Positions 11,993 through 25,523 of a stretch of 64,000 nucleotides of DNA are shown here, one piece after another. How positions within the stretch are numbered: the stretch's first letter is position 1; each line of letters begins with the position of its first letter. A program made the position numbers and the translations under genes. The stretch is from NCBI GenBank assembly GCA_051362555.1, contig CM120645.1, positions 18,476,001-18,540,000 of the forward strand. Reading direction: 5' to 3'. Source of the DNA: Lingula anatina. Its lineage: Eukaryota > Animalia > Brachiopoda. The notes under the pieces were generated by a model, which was given only the letters and a program-made list of their open reading frames with translations, made no database searches and was not told the DNA's origin.

Positions 11993-13952
11993 TTACTTGA
12001 TATCGGCAAAATTAGACATTTCAATATCTATACGATATTGCTGCTGTAATTGAGCTATTGTAGACTTTGAGATGTTATGATAGTAGTCCCGCATTACAGA
12101 AACTGTTCGTATCTTCCCTGCATCTTCTGGTGGGAATTTTAGCGCAGGATCGGCATTCAAAATTTTTAATATATTCTCGGCGTCCTCAGACATAGTATCA
12201 AAGCTCCCAATGACGTCATAGTCTATTTGACAAGGAAAGCACGTGGTAAACGGAGGTGCCCAATGTGTATTATACTTACCCGGATGTTCAGTAACGTAAC
12301 GCAAAAATTCATCGAATGTTATGTCTATACTTGGAAATAAATCTGGAATATTTTTCAGGTCGGCTTCGAATGTTTTCCCTGATGGCATCTGACCGAGTAT
12401 TTTTTCTTTCTGGCGTTCTATCTTTATTGGGAATCCAGATTTTACACCCCTAAAGCGCGACATGACGTAGTTCCCCACAAGTGACAATATTTCGGGGTGT
12501 TCATACGGCTTGTTTTCAATCTTGTTTCTAAATACCGAGAGCAAACGCTCAAGAGGATTTCTAAAAAACATAGCCTTTTTGTAAGTTTCCAAAATATGTT
12601 TTCTGTCGTCCACTGAATATTGATTCAATGGCTTTATGTATTTCGCTGCAAGTTCATAATGGACATCCCTCGCCCTCACTTTCCTGATATCGTACGTATT
12701 AAGTGCACCCGCTAGTGCAAGCAACGTGCGCTTCCAGTTCGTATTGGCAATTTTGGGAACGTAGCAAAAGGCAAACTTTGCTTTTTCTACCACCAGTAGG
12801 TTACCCAACGAGGCAGCAATGTGACCCAAAAAGTTGAGTTCTTTACCGTCTAAGTTATGAGTAAGATTGAACTTCCGACAAACGTCTTTAACATGTTGGC
12901 GTCTCAGTTTGATTTTTTCTCTCCATTGTATTGGAACGCTACTCATCGTCAACTGAAGAAAAAAGGAGATGAATTTCAATAAATGAGAGGAAAGAGATGA
13001 ACATAAATGAATGTTTACACTTAACTCAATATATTGATAGATTTACTCACATGTATAGGTGTGTAACACCGAATGTACCGTACCTGTATGAATGGAGGAA
13101 CGAAGGATGTTCATTTTTATTCTTTGACTAGCGCCCGCGAGGTGAAATGATTGCGATATAATGCAATAGCCATTTTCCTTCTCTAACCAAACTACATGTA
13201 TGACAGATTAGACACCTCATGTGATAAAGTAAGATATCTCTCATTTAACTTACTCCACCAGCCACAGTGGCAGGTGTGGCGCCGTTCATTCCTGACACGT
13301 TTTCTCGGCTTATAGCTGCAGTCACAAACACATCGGAAACAGACCGCATACCATCGTTCACTGAAACAAAGCAATTCAAAATTGTGCAAGAGAAGTTGGG
13401 ACCATATTGATTAAAATTTTTGGGAAAACAATTATTGACTTCTTCACTCTTACGGTATCATATAAATCGACCCCTATCTGTACGTATTAGTTAATAAATA
13501 TACATGTAGTAACTGCTGCTGTTACGATTACGTCTGCAAATAGCCAGCTTCGGCTAAATGTCATCTATATTCTTAGCCTATCACACTATGTAACTAAAAG
13601 CATGATTGAATGTTCATATAAACGTAATTGAATATACATGTACATCATGGAAATAAGACAGCGAGGGATAATTGGCCTTTTTTGTAGTTAAAACTCACCG
13701 GATAATTCGAACTACTGACAAAAGGGAACCTTTACCAATCTTTCCTTTTTTACATACATATCTGCGTATATCCCTTGCGAAAACTCTCCATGTTGTCAGA
13801 TACACTGGTAATATATTGCCCCATACATTCTTAAACATATCAAATTAAGTCAGTCCATTACCTGTGGTATCTGTCCTAAAAAGAAAGTAGTGAGCCACGA
13901 CGTACAGAGTTAACACAGTTACCATCTTCCAGTGACGCAATAAAGTACACAT
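11993..13952 (-). CDS. Carbohydrate sulfotransferase (Sulfotransfer_2, CHST8-14/HNK-1ST family); complement(join(11993..12952,13254..13360,13862..13952))
   Basis: Exon 1 MCTLLRHWKMVTVLTLYVVAHYFLFRTDTT (anchor, phase 1, GTAATG donor); exon 2 is a 107-nt stem (phase 1 to 0, GTAAGT donor); exon 3 is 960 nt with FCYVPKIANTNWKR (5'-PSB), FFRNPLERLLSVFRNK (3'-PB) and HWAP...C.PCQIDYDVIG. Phases are consistent; the two small exons are less certain than exon 3. Confidence 0.88.
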
Positions 13953-14690
13953 GCAACATTTTAAGTATATCTTTGGAGAAGCCATGATATCGGTGAGATA
14001 CATGTAGGCTAGTAAAAAGTTATAACATCGTACGGTGTCCTGTTACTTTAACTGCGACAACGGAGCTGGAACAAACTGCCTGGAACAAAATGTGTTGTTT
14101 CCACATCCTTGAAATGCAAAAGGATTGAATATTCCCCAACCGCAGTCAGCAACAATAGTGCTCCTTCCGTGATTCAGTTCGTTCTGCACATTGATGTCAA
14201 GGCCTGATGCAACGCATTTCACCTGCGAAATGAAATTATGACAAGGGCAACCATCCGCTAGGTCAAACATAACATGAACGTGCTTAATGTATCCTGTGCA
14301 CTAACAGGTCCAAGCTCAGCTACCGGTTTTGCGAGGTTATAACTGCAAGATATGCTCATTTGTACGTCAAAACATGTTTTAGATTTACCTTACAATTCCG
14401 AGGGCGAAAAACATAACAAAGTGGAACAAGGAGGCGAGATTCAAGCTGCGTCAGGTATAGCTCAGCATCAAACCCATAGTGTGTCCCGGATTTATTTTTA
14501 CCACCTCAGTCCCGTATATACATTTATAATTTACACGTTTAAGAAAAACAATGTAAATGGTAACTATGATAGATGAATGACGTGTTTAATATTACGTGTA
14601 TGTAAGGCTAATGCACTGCACACCTCTTTGAATTTTTCTGTCTTCTATCAACTTACATTTTTTGCTAAAATGGTTGTCACACCTTCGAAA

Positions 14691-15563
14691 ATTGGTATCA
14701 GACAATCCCCCCCCCTCCCCCGGACAATTCCCCCCCCCCCCAGGACAATTCCCCCCGGACGATTCCCCCCGAAGAATATATATATATTTATATACAAAAT
14801 ATAAAGTAAAGAGTACAAAGTTCAAATCTTTTCATCCATTTTATGAATATTTCTCAGTTTGATGATGCAACTCGAGGATAGATAATATTCATTAAATTAA
14901 ACAAATTATTTTCATGTAGTACAAGTACAGAAAATTTTAGAGATAGAAGTACAGAACATTTTATTAAAATTCTGATCAAAGTACATCTCTATTTAAGGTA
15001 GGGTAAACAGATGATGTCACTCATCCAGGTGACCCTTTGATAAATTAACTGTTACTTTTTTAAAAGTTAAATTAAAATTGCTTTATTACTTTCCCCCCTT
15101 GATTAAGTCTTGAATCAAGGTGCATCTCTAGGGAGAGGTGGGGTAAACAGATTTTCTCGCTTATCCAGGTATCCCTTTGATTATTTGTCACTTTTTATTG
15201 CTTGACCACTACCCACCTACTCACTACCCACCAAAATAAAATATTCATAAAATATCTGTTTACCTGTTTATCTGTTTACCCAAACTTTACCTGAAGGATA
15301 GGTGGTTATACTTTGATTAGATGTTTAATAAAACTTTCTGTACTAGTACTAAATGAAAAAGGAATTTGTTATAAAATAATTTGTTTCATGATGAAGTTGT
15401 AGTATCACACTAAAAATATTAATAAAATGGATGAAATGTTTTAAACTTTACACTTTTTACATTATATTTGAGTATAAATAGATATTTCTTAGGGGGAATC
15501 GTCCGGGGGAGAAATGTCCTGGGGGGGGGGATTGTCTGGGGGGGGGGGTCTGCCATTGCCAAT
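14691..15563. mobile_element. Foldback/MULE-like non-autonomous element with long imperfect inverted arms
   Basis: Left arm starts ATTGGTATCAGAC with tandem GGACAATTCCCCCC units; right arm has the complementary G-rich units ending GTCTGCCATTGCCAAT; complementarity continues for roughly 250 bp. Internal GGTGCATC...GAGGTGGGGTAAACA also occurs near 6159..6190. Confidence 0.75.
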
Positions 15564-15799
15564 CTTGTTTTTTTATTATATTATATGTATTTTATGTTGA
15601 TGTTTTGGCTTCATTATCCCACACAGCAATCAAAAACCATTTTACATTTATACCCTAAACAAATATGGGCACATATGTCAAGGGATGTCAGCTCCGAAGA
15701 TAACATAAGAATATTAGTGTAATTATGCGTATAGACGTTGCTAGCTTGGCTAGAAATGGGATTTTTGTCAATTGATATCGCATTTCAAGGCGAACTGTT

Positions 15800-16310
15800 C
15801 TTAGAGTACTTCAGAGGAGAGCTGTGATCTGTGCTGTATCCACTGACAGATCAACCCCGTGCCACCAACGACCGAACTGACTGTATCATCATCAACATTG
15901 CCAGAAGAACCTGCACTAAATCTGCCATTGTCAATCTACCATGTGATGTACTAGAGAACAGATGTTACAACGACTGTACAAGAAATGGAGGCCACTGAAG
16001 GTGTTTCTATTCACGTATGAGCTGTTTTTCTTCTTTTGTGCCAGCCAACAGGTTCCTCTGGATGAAAGCGTCAGTGCCGCGGTGTACAGGGATATGTTAC
16101 AAAATCCTTTGATCCAATTTGCACGTACAATATTCCAGTGCAACTTTCGGTTGCAGCACGATGATGTTAGCCCTCATTTATATTATATGGACGAAAACAT
16201 GATCCAACCAGCAATAAACCCTGATATGAACTTTGGGGCGAATTGGGGGAGAGCATCGTACAGAAGAAACCGACACCCAGCAGTATTGACAGTATTGCAT
16301 TAGCTGAGGC
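15800..16310 (+). pseudogene. Degenerate Tc1-family transposase remnant
   Basis: PRATNDRTDCIIINIARR (Tc1 HTH region GRPR.TT.R.DR.I) and SAAVYRDMLQNPLIQFARTIFQCNFRLQHDDVSPH...QPAINPDMN (degenerate QQDNA.PH and WPA.SPDLN motifs); frames interrupted. Confidence 0.7.
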
Positions 16311-17229
16311 AAGCTTTGACCCTAGAGATTTATAATAATCTTGTAAGCATATCTGTGGACATTATAAACACCAAAGTATTTACAATTTATAATAATAATA
16401 ACAATAACACAGGAACACCTTAAAATTATGTACATTGAAGGATGATGAAAACAATAACAAAGCTATAAGCACCATGAAAAATGTATGTACATCACACTTG
16501 ATACGGAGATTATAAGCATCACCATGAAAATTATATACATTGAAAGGTCACAAAATGATAATGATAACGATGTGAACTACACTAAGGAACATGTAGGCCT
16601 ATACATTGAAAGGTTTGAGGATAGTTAAGGTAATAATAATAATAATTCAGAGCAAGCAGCACACTGAAGAAGTAAATGTAAAAAAATGTAACTTTTAATA
16701 ATCTCTTTGAAGTGATTGTGACATCAGTTCATTAACTGAATTCGCGAGTTAAACACACAAAAATACATCGTCTATTCTAAGTCACACGACAACCATTAAA
16801 CGCGATATTTTGGGTCTCCATATTTTCCAAATTATGATCTATAAAAAAGTTACAGGCACCCCACAAAGGATCCTCATGTCAGTGTCGCTGGTACGACTGA
16901 ACTTATCCGGCTGCTACCAGGGCTCTCAAGCAGCAAGGCATTCTTTGGAATAGGTATTTAGAGTTTAACCTGGAATAACATTTCAGTCATCGGTCAAAAC
17001 GTGTCCAATTTGGATCAGTTTTGTTGTAAGACATGTAGGCCGTTGATTCGACGAGTAATGGCCTACCAACATACTGTCTATGTGGTTCAAATATGTCGAT
17101 TTTGATGACCAAGGTAGTTGTTAATTCACTTGGTTCTATAAGTTATCTGCTATTAAAAGTACTGTGTGTGAACCGGCAATCTCATAGTGCAACATAAAAA
17201 TGGTGCCACCTATCAAATGATAGTCAAGT

Positions 17230-17850
17230 GGTTCCCAGCAGATTATTCCTTTATTTGATGTGGTTCAGGTTTTCATCGATGACTACCATTGGTGTTTTGG
17301 CACCAATGTGGTATCCAATGCAAATGCTGACGGTGGCAATGACCCTAGTCACTTTAGACGTGGTACACGCTTCGTCGTAGGCCTCTTTAGGATGTCTGTA
17401 AATTCTGTTTTGTCTAGTTGAGCGGTACAGGTGAAAACTGACCTCAGTAAAGAAAGCCAGTTTCAGTGTTTTACCCAGAAATGGCCATGGTCCCCAATTC
17501 ACTAGAGAAACGGACGACGAAGTTTTGCTGTTTACAGTGGCTTCCTCAGAGGTCGTCTGGTATTCTAACCGGCTAAAACCAGTTTTTTTGTTCCCTAAGG
17601 GCCTTGAAAACGCGTTCTGGTGACAATTTGCCCCTCATTCTGAAGGGACTGGGTGTTAATTGTTTAGTTGCAGCAGCATATCCGGAAGGACAGTGAGACC
17701 TGTACCCTGGCGGAAGGTTTCGATGCACTGTGACCTCTGTGTAGGTACATAAGTCTGGGCATAACTCTACAAAACTGTGCGGACTGTTTCGTGTGACACA
17801 ATAATCTGTCTGGCAATGTCTGTCTTTTTCGCGCCATTCTGACACAGATA
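17230..17850 (-). pseudogene. Second degenerate Tc1-family transposase remnant, opposite strand
   Basis: ORF 17251..17502 LAFFTEVSFHLYRSTRQNRIYRHPKEAYDEACT...VSICIGYHIGAKTPMVVIDENLN resembles the Tc1 block LFTDESRF.L...DGR.RVWRRPGE.Y...C...VMVWG.I....T.L..I.GNLN, with the catalytic Asp lost. Confidence 0.65.
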
Positions 17851-18559
17851 AACAATTTTGTAAAACACTGCTTAACTACGCATTTCAGAACTGACCGCTT
17901 GCATGCAAAATTTCAAAGTTTATATTTAGTAGTTGCCGACACATGGATACTTTTTTGACAGAACCATGCTTCGCCGGAGCCAGGCTTTACCAGCCAGGAG
18001 GAGCAGTACCCAATTAAATTACTGCATATTACACAATGCAGTAGTACAGCTGACATGTTAGTCAGTAATAATTGGTAGCGACAAACTTGACTACACACTT
18101 CTCTATTCACATATCTTCTATGAGATCTGATTTTTTTAAAGAACACATTTTTACATAGGCATACCAGACGGGGCGAAGAGCACTGATGATGATGATGATA
18201 CCTATATTCATTAGATCTCATTAACATTGGTAATACTGAAAATCGCATTCAGTCCACAGAAAGTGTGTACATTTAATATACCCTACAAAGCAGCGAATTG
18301 AGTTTGTGCTCTAAAAGTTCCAAAAGTGTTTACTATATATGTACATGGTCACGAATTTTAACTCTCACCGATTGGTCAAAAGCAGTCACGTGCCGGTCAA
18401 TCACAACTGGTCAATATCGGTCGAAATGAGGTGCTTATATTTTTTCAAGGAAATATTTAAAATCGATTTTACATGCATGCCTTATCATAAAGAACAGCAG
18501 GGGAGGTCCTGGTCCCCCCCTTCGATTTCTGATTTAAAAAAAAAATTCCAAAATCTTAA

Positions 18560-18894
18560 AGGGATAATAACTCTTCGTATGATATCTATATTTCACAATA
18601 AAAACGTTGTACACAACTCATAGAAATATAATATAATCTGTTTTACCACAAAAACGGCAGCTTTAGCTATTATTCTGATATCTGAGCTTGTCTTCAGATC
18701 ACGTGACCTCCATTGATGGCTATACTCTGTTATAATCTCTTAAGAGATTTTAACAAAAAACCAAACTTTTTAGAAAAAAACAAGGAACTAACTTTGAATG
18801 TAAAAATGAGTTATTAACCATTGGTTAGTATGGGAAAATTGTTGTTTACTCCAGGAAAATTCTTTTTTGGCCAAAACGAAGAGTTATTATCCCT
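18560..18894. mobile_element. TTAA-target MITE (Kolobok-like), copy 2, inverted relative to copy 1
   Basis: TTAA|AGGGATAATAACTCTTCGT ... ACGAAGAGTTATTATCCCT|TTAA (perfect 19-bp TIR); appears nested in an older repeat ending CTGGATCCGCCCCTG at about 19069..19083. Confidence 0.88.
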
Positions 18895-21749
18895 TTAATC
18901 ATAGTTCTAAACAGTACCAAATGGCGCCATTTGCCCTCTAAAACACGAGTTTTTTTCGGGGCTCTCAAGCGTGCCCTGAACCTGACGCCAAGGGGGTGAG
19001 GGTCGGCCTCGCAATCCGAGGCCTGTTAGTCCCTAAACAACTGGACCCCCCCTCCCCTTCAAATAATTCTGGATCCGCCCCTGGTTAGGATCGCACTGTC
19101 CCCAGGGGAGGCGATTCTGTTTATTCGTGTGCCATTCTGTGTAAGACTAAATGACATGGGTCGGCTGAGGGAGGTTTTGATGATCATAGTAACCACTGCC
19201 TCTGTATTGACAGAAATTATAAACATCATCATAATTACCACAGCATAAATCTGCCTTCATGTATGGCTATTAATGAGTATCGATGAAAAACTTCTTGATG
19301 AATACATCCACCACCCCAGGGATATACCCATCCAGAAACGTACTATAATTCCGAAGGGCTTTTATAACAAATAAATATGTGTTATAAATATGTGTTACAT
19401 TAACATACAAACTTTTTAAAAAAGAAAATAGCATTTCGGCGTACGGTGTCAAGGTTAAAATACCACTTGTATGTTCTTACATGAAAAACAGGTCGAATGA
19501 CTTGTAAAAAAATTGTAAGCGCGTTGCAGTGGCAAAATACGTTTTCACATCTTTGTTTTTTTAATTTAGAAATTAGTTGTGGTTGCAAAATGCGTCCCGG
19601 CTGGAAAATGCGGTTCTGCTAGTAGCATAGCAACCAGTTGCTGCTCGACACTAGTCTACTGCATTACTTCCACGTCCTTTTCAAAAGTCCCATTTGAAAG
19701 AATGTGGTGTTTTAGGGGTTTTATCAATGCACCTGGATTATATGTCACAGGTAAGCTTATTCATTTCTGCCTGAAATGTTGCTGTATGTTTTATTATTCA
19801 TGCATACATGCGGCGAGCGTTCAGTGCGCGGTCACAACCAAGCGCAATTGTCAACCCTTTGGTGTTTTTGTTTATGTAAAGTAACATATCTTAATAGGCA
19901 AATAATATCGCAACATTGCGGCATTAGTAGCGGCTAATCAGGCGGCGGCTGCGCCCTCTGTCTGCTCAACTCCCGAGGTTGTCCATGTTGTGAGCGGAAA
20001 TAGAAACAGTTACAATACAGTTCTTTATGGGTCACTATGGTGCCTGGTATGATACCGCTCAGCTATCCAATCTCGATCACCACTCCAATGGAGGGCAGCC
20101 GTGAAAACCACAACTAAGAACCTTCGTCAACGATGTTATCAACATAAAGTACAGGTAAGGTCTCTCTCTCTCGCTAACGAGCATTTTTATATTTTAAAAC
20201 TGCATAGAACCAAAAGTAAGACTTGTCACTTTTTGGAGGCTTATACAAAATTTCATTTGTCTGATAAGTTGTAAAATGTCCGACCCAGCAAGGATATATT
20301 GCTGACTAACTGCTGGCCTGTTGATATACTGTGGATACACTTAGCCTTATTTAGAACAATACATCTAAATGCGAAACCATTACTGCGAAATGTTTATTTC
20401 AATTTGACATATCTGTGAGTAAATCTTTTATATTACGGTGACTAGGTGCTTTAAGGTGCCGCTAATGTTTTGTGTTTTGTGTAGCAATATGCCCGTCTGT
20501 TGTGCCGTCATGCACCCTGGCTGCATTAAACACTCAATGAGGAAGAAAATACTTCTGCACGCTATTTTTAAGCTTTTCCTTAAGTTACCCTGTTACTTAT
20601 TGGCAGTTCAGAAAGGTCTTGGGACCATCTGGAATATAACTAAGATGTATTGATCAGCACATTATCATAGAACTTCATTCTCAACAAATACAGTGCATCA
20701 TTTATTGTCTGGATTTCGGATAATTATATGGTGATATTTAACCCACTCTATTGTGCAACTTCTGGTGGCATTCTTACAAGAAAATAAAAAAAAACCTAAA
20801 ACATCGGAAATTGTAGGCATCTCGATCGTTATCTTCAATATTACCCACACAGCGTTGTTTATCAATACAATGCAGTACAGTAGCTCCCTCAGCGCACTTT
20901 GCGTCTTACGTAATGTGTCTGTTTTGATTAAGTTAACTAGAATGGGACTGACCTGAACATAAGTTCACATCAGCTGAAAAGAGGTGTACTTCGCGGGCTT
21001 TGACAGCTCTCTCTGACAGCAATTTTCAATACTTGTTTTTAAATTAAAAGTTCGCAGAGACGTATCATCGTGAGTTAAACGTGGAACAGGTACAGTTACA
21101 TTGTACATGTACATGTATATTGGGTGGTACTCGTGAAACTTACCAAGTTTTTTTACGCTCAAGTTTGTTTCGATTTAGCCAGTGACTTGAGTGAGAAATA
21201 CAGAGGAGTCATCTTCTACGTGTATATAAGTAACTGGTGTAACATTCTGGCTATCTTACATCAGTCGTACTATACAGATGATGCCTACAACTACATATGC
21301 ATGTTCACGTAAGTGCTGATGACCAAATGATGCTGGTCATAAATTGAAGTGCATTTGTTCACTGTGTGACAAACACGTTTTGACAGTAGGATAATATAAT
21401 ACAGACAGCGACGTATCAATCTTTCTAAAGTGTTTTAAAAAGAAAAATAATACCAGAGGGGCTTGGTGTATTGCGAAGTTTACAGCTGCCACTTGAGAAT
21501 GTAAGCGAAAATGTGAATAGAAAACCGCGATTAAGTTGTAAACTTTATCAAAAAGGCAAAATTTTAGGTAATTATCCCGCATCGTGACCTTTAAGAATAC
21601 ACCTGAGTTTTATAAAATATTTCACGCGTCTGTGTTGATTTTTTTCTCTTGCCAGAAGTTGTGTGTGAATGGATAAGTGCTAATCTCAGCATTAATGTAG
21701 ATTTAGTACTTGTGTCTGTAGGTTCTACCTACGCCTCTATGTGACCGAT

Positions 21750-22400
21750 GCCAACAATATCCATTAGTGTTAATTACATAACGTAAAACTGTTGAAATTG
21801 GGGTGTGCCCTAATAACCTAGGCTCTACCCCCAGACAGCTCCAACACTGCTGTCACATTACTAATACAACACAGTGGATTAAAAATAGCAACCAACTCCC
21901 ATATCAAGTATCTACCAAATAAAAGACATTTTAATGCGCAGTATTCAGAGCGACTGCTTTTGTTGTGTGAAATATGAAGAGCAAAGCCATTACAAATTCT
22001 GATGATTTAGTTTCAGGTAACGCTGAGTTACATTCTGAATAATTTGGACCAGGTAACTTTAGTAAAAAGCGTTTAAAGTCATTTTCTAGTTCATCGTGAA
22101 AACGATGCCCTTGGGTCGTATCTATTTTAATTCCTTTCTTTTAAAACACTTTTCTTCATTATTTTTTTCTATAATGGGTAACAAGGTCCCATCCTATGTT
22201 TCGGATATCTATCTTCCTTTCAAAAACAATTCGACAATCACAACTCGAGGAACCACGGAAAGAGATTTTGAACTTCCGACTAAAAACCCCGTAATACAGG
22301 AAACAACTTTCTTATGTCTTTTTGGGATCAACTCTCCTCCGCTACTTAATCTTTACTCCCAATCTCTTCTTTTAAGAGTACTCTAAAATAATCTTAATGC
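21750..22400 (+). mobile_element. Highly decayed CR1/L2-like LINE 3' remnant
   Basis: ORF 22096..22386 FFSIMGNKVPSYVSDIYLP...TTRG....FELP.....ETTF loosely follows the CR1/L2 C-terminal pattern (YKI.N...P.YL....TR....LP....SF). Confidence 0.4.
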
Positions 22401-23677
22401 AACTGCCCTCAAGTTAAATAGAAGTCAAGAAAAATATTTAATAGAGCGAGGGCTGGGGGTGTTTGTTTAAAGCTGAACTGTGTAAGGCAAAACTGGAATA
22501 CAATAGATACACCTCAATGCACCTGTGTTGCCCCCGATACCCGTTTACATCTCTTTTTCAGATCTAGATGCCCGTCCCGTTCCTTCACAAATTATTGATG
22601 AAAATGAAACGCTGCAGGGAAATAAGGTTTATTTTAGAACTCAAAAAGAAAAGCTATCACTCTTTCTTCATGAATATTTAACTTGTGTGCACATGAACAT
22701 ATAATTTATTTATAAACATATAATTAAATACATGTGTAAAAAATATTATGAAGTTTAAACGAAGAGGACATACATTTAAGCATATAGGAAATTATTTGGT
22801 CACATAATAAATCGGTGGTATACATGTACATCAGATGCTTCTTTGCTTCATAAACTGCTCACATCTTGTCTGTTTTCCATCGATGTATTCCCTTTTACCT
22901 ACTGACCCCAGGATACGGGCCTTAGATACGGCTATCGAACGCCATTGATTTCCAGTACTTCGCTGTCAATTGTTCGCGTACAGAATAACATTCGTTGGGG
23001 CACGGAAAGTCAATTGATCATCTGAGAACAACCCCCTAATGCTTATACGTGTTGCTGTTGTCAAAGGAGCCGAAGAGGTGTGCATGATCGGCGATGGCTA
23101 AGGAAATGTGGATAAAAATGCAGTTTTAAAACACTTCAATCAGTATGGAAAGATGACTGTGTAGTATAGTTTGTATTTCTATGTAGCAAGCGTTCCATGT
23201 GTCATGATCTAGCGTAACTGTGTTCAGTAAGTATAACATGATAACGTTTTACTAAGTTATTGAGGCTACATTTCGCTAATCTCACTACACGATTATTTTC
23301 TCTTTTGTCAAATTTAAGCGAAATAATAATGATGATGATGATAATAATAATAACAATAATAATAATAGGTGGGTGAAATGAGATAAATGCATGCTCTATT
23401 GACGTATTTCTCTATCTGGAAAATAGACAAGTATTTTCCGTCGCAGAGACTGAATGTGCACAGGACATGTATTAGTAGGCCTATATCATCTGCAACTACG
23501 GTAGTCGTTCGGGGCAGCAGTTGCTCTGTCCATAACAAGGCTGGCTAGGACCTAATGAGTTCGTCGACCTCCCCAAAAACAACAACATGCGATTTTGTGA
23601 GAGTCTGTGTATACCTAATAACTATATCATACCATTAAATACCACAATGATGATGATGTTTGAAAGCAATCCTTGTG

Positions 23678-23855
23678 CAGGCCCGTAGCCAGCAATTTCA
23701 AAAGGGGTGCTCTTTTTCTGAAGAAGTGGACCTTTTACCATGAAACCTTCATGTGCCTAGATAAATTTTTACCCAGAGGGGACCTTTTCCCAGCAAAAAG
23801 GGGTGTTCTTTCGAACCCCCCCCCCCCCCCCGACACCCCCCTGGCTACGGGCCTG
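23678..23855. mobile_element. 178-bp MITE with perfect 15-bp TIR
   Basis: CAGGCCCGTAGCCAG ... CTGGCTACGGGCCTG; poly-C tract near the right end; TSD not clean. Confidence 0.8.
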
Positions 23856-24719
23856 TATTGTGAGAATCTGTTTGTAAATTGTTATTGTAGTTTTAGTACA
23901 TTGGTTGGAGAATATATCGTTAGTACATAGGCACTGCACAAATATACTCGAACAGGAGTGAATAATGGCAATGTCCCATACATGTTGCGGCTGCTTCTCA
24001 CACTAAGTTATCTGCCAGAGGTCTGAGAACAATAGCTGACTTGGGATGTTGATAAATATCAGCAATAAGTATACTTAGATCTTTGATATGCATGTAAAAT
24101 CGGAAGCACGCATACAGGCGTACAGGCATCTTTACTCCATTTTAGTGAAGCATTAGGCCCAGCTACTACCGGTACCGCAGGTTATATTTTCATTGCTGCT
24201 TTAAATCTATTAGTAAAATCACAAGCTGGATTGAACATATTTTAGGTGTTATGCCTTTGTGCCAAGAGTATTTTTACTATGACCTGCCTGTCGGACTAAA
24301 CTAGTGGACCTACAGAGCAAAAATACCTTTTAAAAGCGACAAAATATTATTTCGACATTGAGATATTTTTAAACACCGTTTTGAAAGGTGCCTGGTTTTA
24401 ATGAAGAGAAACGATGAGGCTTACGGCATGCAGTTTACGATTAGTCGCGGTAAATTCTAGTATACACTACATCCTGTTCTTACAATAAATGTAGACAATA
24501 TCAAAAACATGACTTTTAACAGCAGCCTATTTCCATCACATCACTCTGATCATGTGTTACCGACATTGTTGCTACAGCAGTTGGTTTTAATCTTTTTAAC
24601 GTACATGAACTGTCCACATTGCTGCACTTCCAGGGTAGAAATAATTCTGAGAAGGTATTCCCATATCTTCAACACTTGGCCTCAAAAAGTACGGAGCCTC
24701 AGTATTTATCTGTAGCTGA

Positions 24720-24721
<2 letters not shown>

Positions 24722-24775
<54 letters not shown>
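24722..24775. repeat. (GT)n microsatellite
   Basis: Visible perfect dinucleotide run. Confidence 0.97.
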
Positions 24776-24778
<3 letters not shown>

Positions 24779-25523
24779 GGGGGGGTGTTCTTGTCATCTT
24801 CTTATTCCGTACTGCAAAATAGCAGCACACTTTGGTCCGTGGCGCAGTGGCTGAGTGGCCAGCAAGGTATCTGCGAGTGGCAAAATCATTATTTCAGTTT
24901 GTTTTGACTCGGCACTTTACTACTTTATTGTTTTTCCAAATTGCAGGCTGGGGACTCGTACATCAGACGCAGTGCAAGGCATCACGGGAATATTCCAACG
25001 ACCTCACGTATTATCTGCGGGTACACAAAGTTGCGAAATAGACACCGACCGAGTCGTGAGCACCCGCAAAATTTCGCAAAACGTTGTAATATAGAGATAA
25101 CTGACTGTGCATCGTGGTATCAGCTGCTGCAGACATCAGCCTGGGGTTGTACATGTGCACGCTGGCGTCCAAGCCATCTCGGCAGTTTCCAAAATAAACC
25201 AGTCTCCCTTGGTGTTCATCACTCGTCATCGACCTAAATATACAGGAGCTGGTGGATATCGGTGTTACGCATCGCTAGGAATAGAATCGTGATAGCATGA
25301 ACGTGGTTCATTTGGCCTGAATGGAAGGTCGTATTAATAGAATAAAAACGTCAAAGGATCACCATAGAGTCAAAGGTGTTTAAGATATATTGAAGATTTG
25401 ACACGACCAAAGAAATATGACCACCATATGCATACTCGTACGATCGATCCGTTTCTTCAGTCTGATTGACTGGTGAAGTTACTAGTCATTTTTAGTAATT
25501 TTTCTACAAATTGAAGGATAAAA

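Noticed and set aside
13084-13192. Alternative candidate exon for the CHST-like gene with donor CAG|GTACGG
   Set aside because: In-frame TGA in the frame needed to join exon 3.
24832-25292. Cluster of short ORFs in several frames
   Set aside because: No family similarity recognised; locally GC-richer sequence suppresses stops; may be UTR or a repeat remnant.
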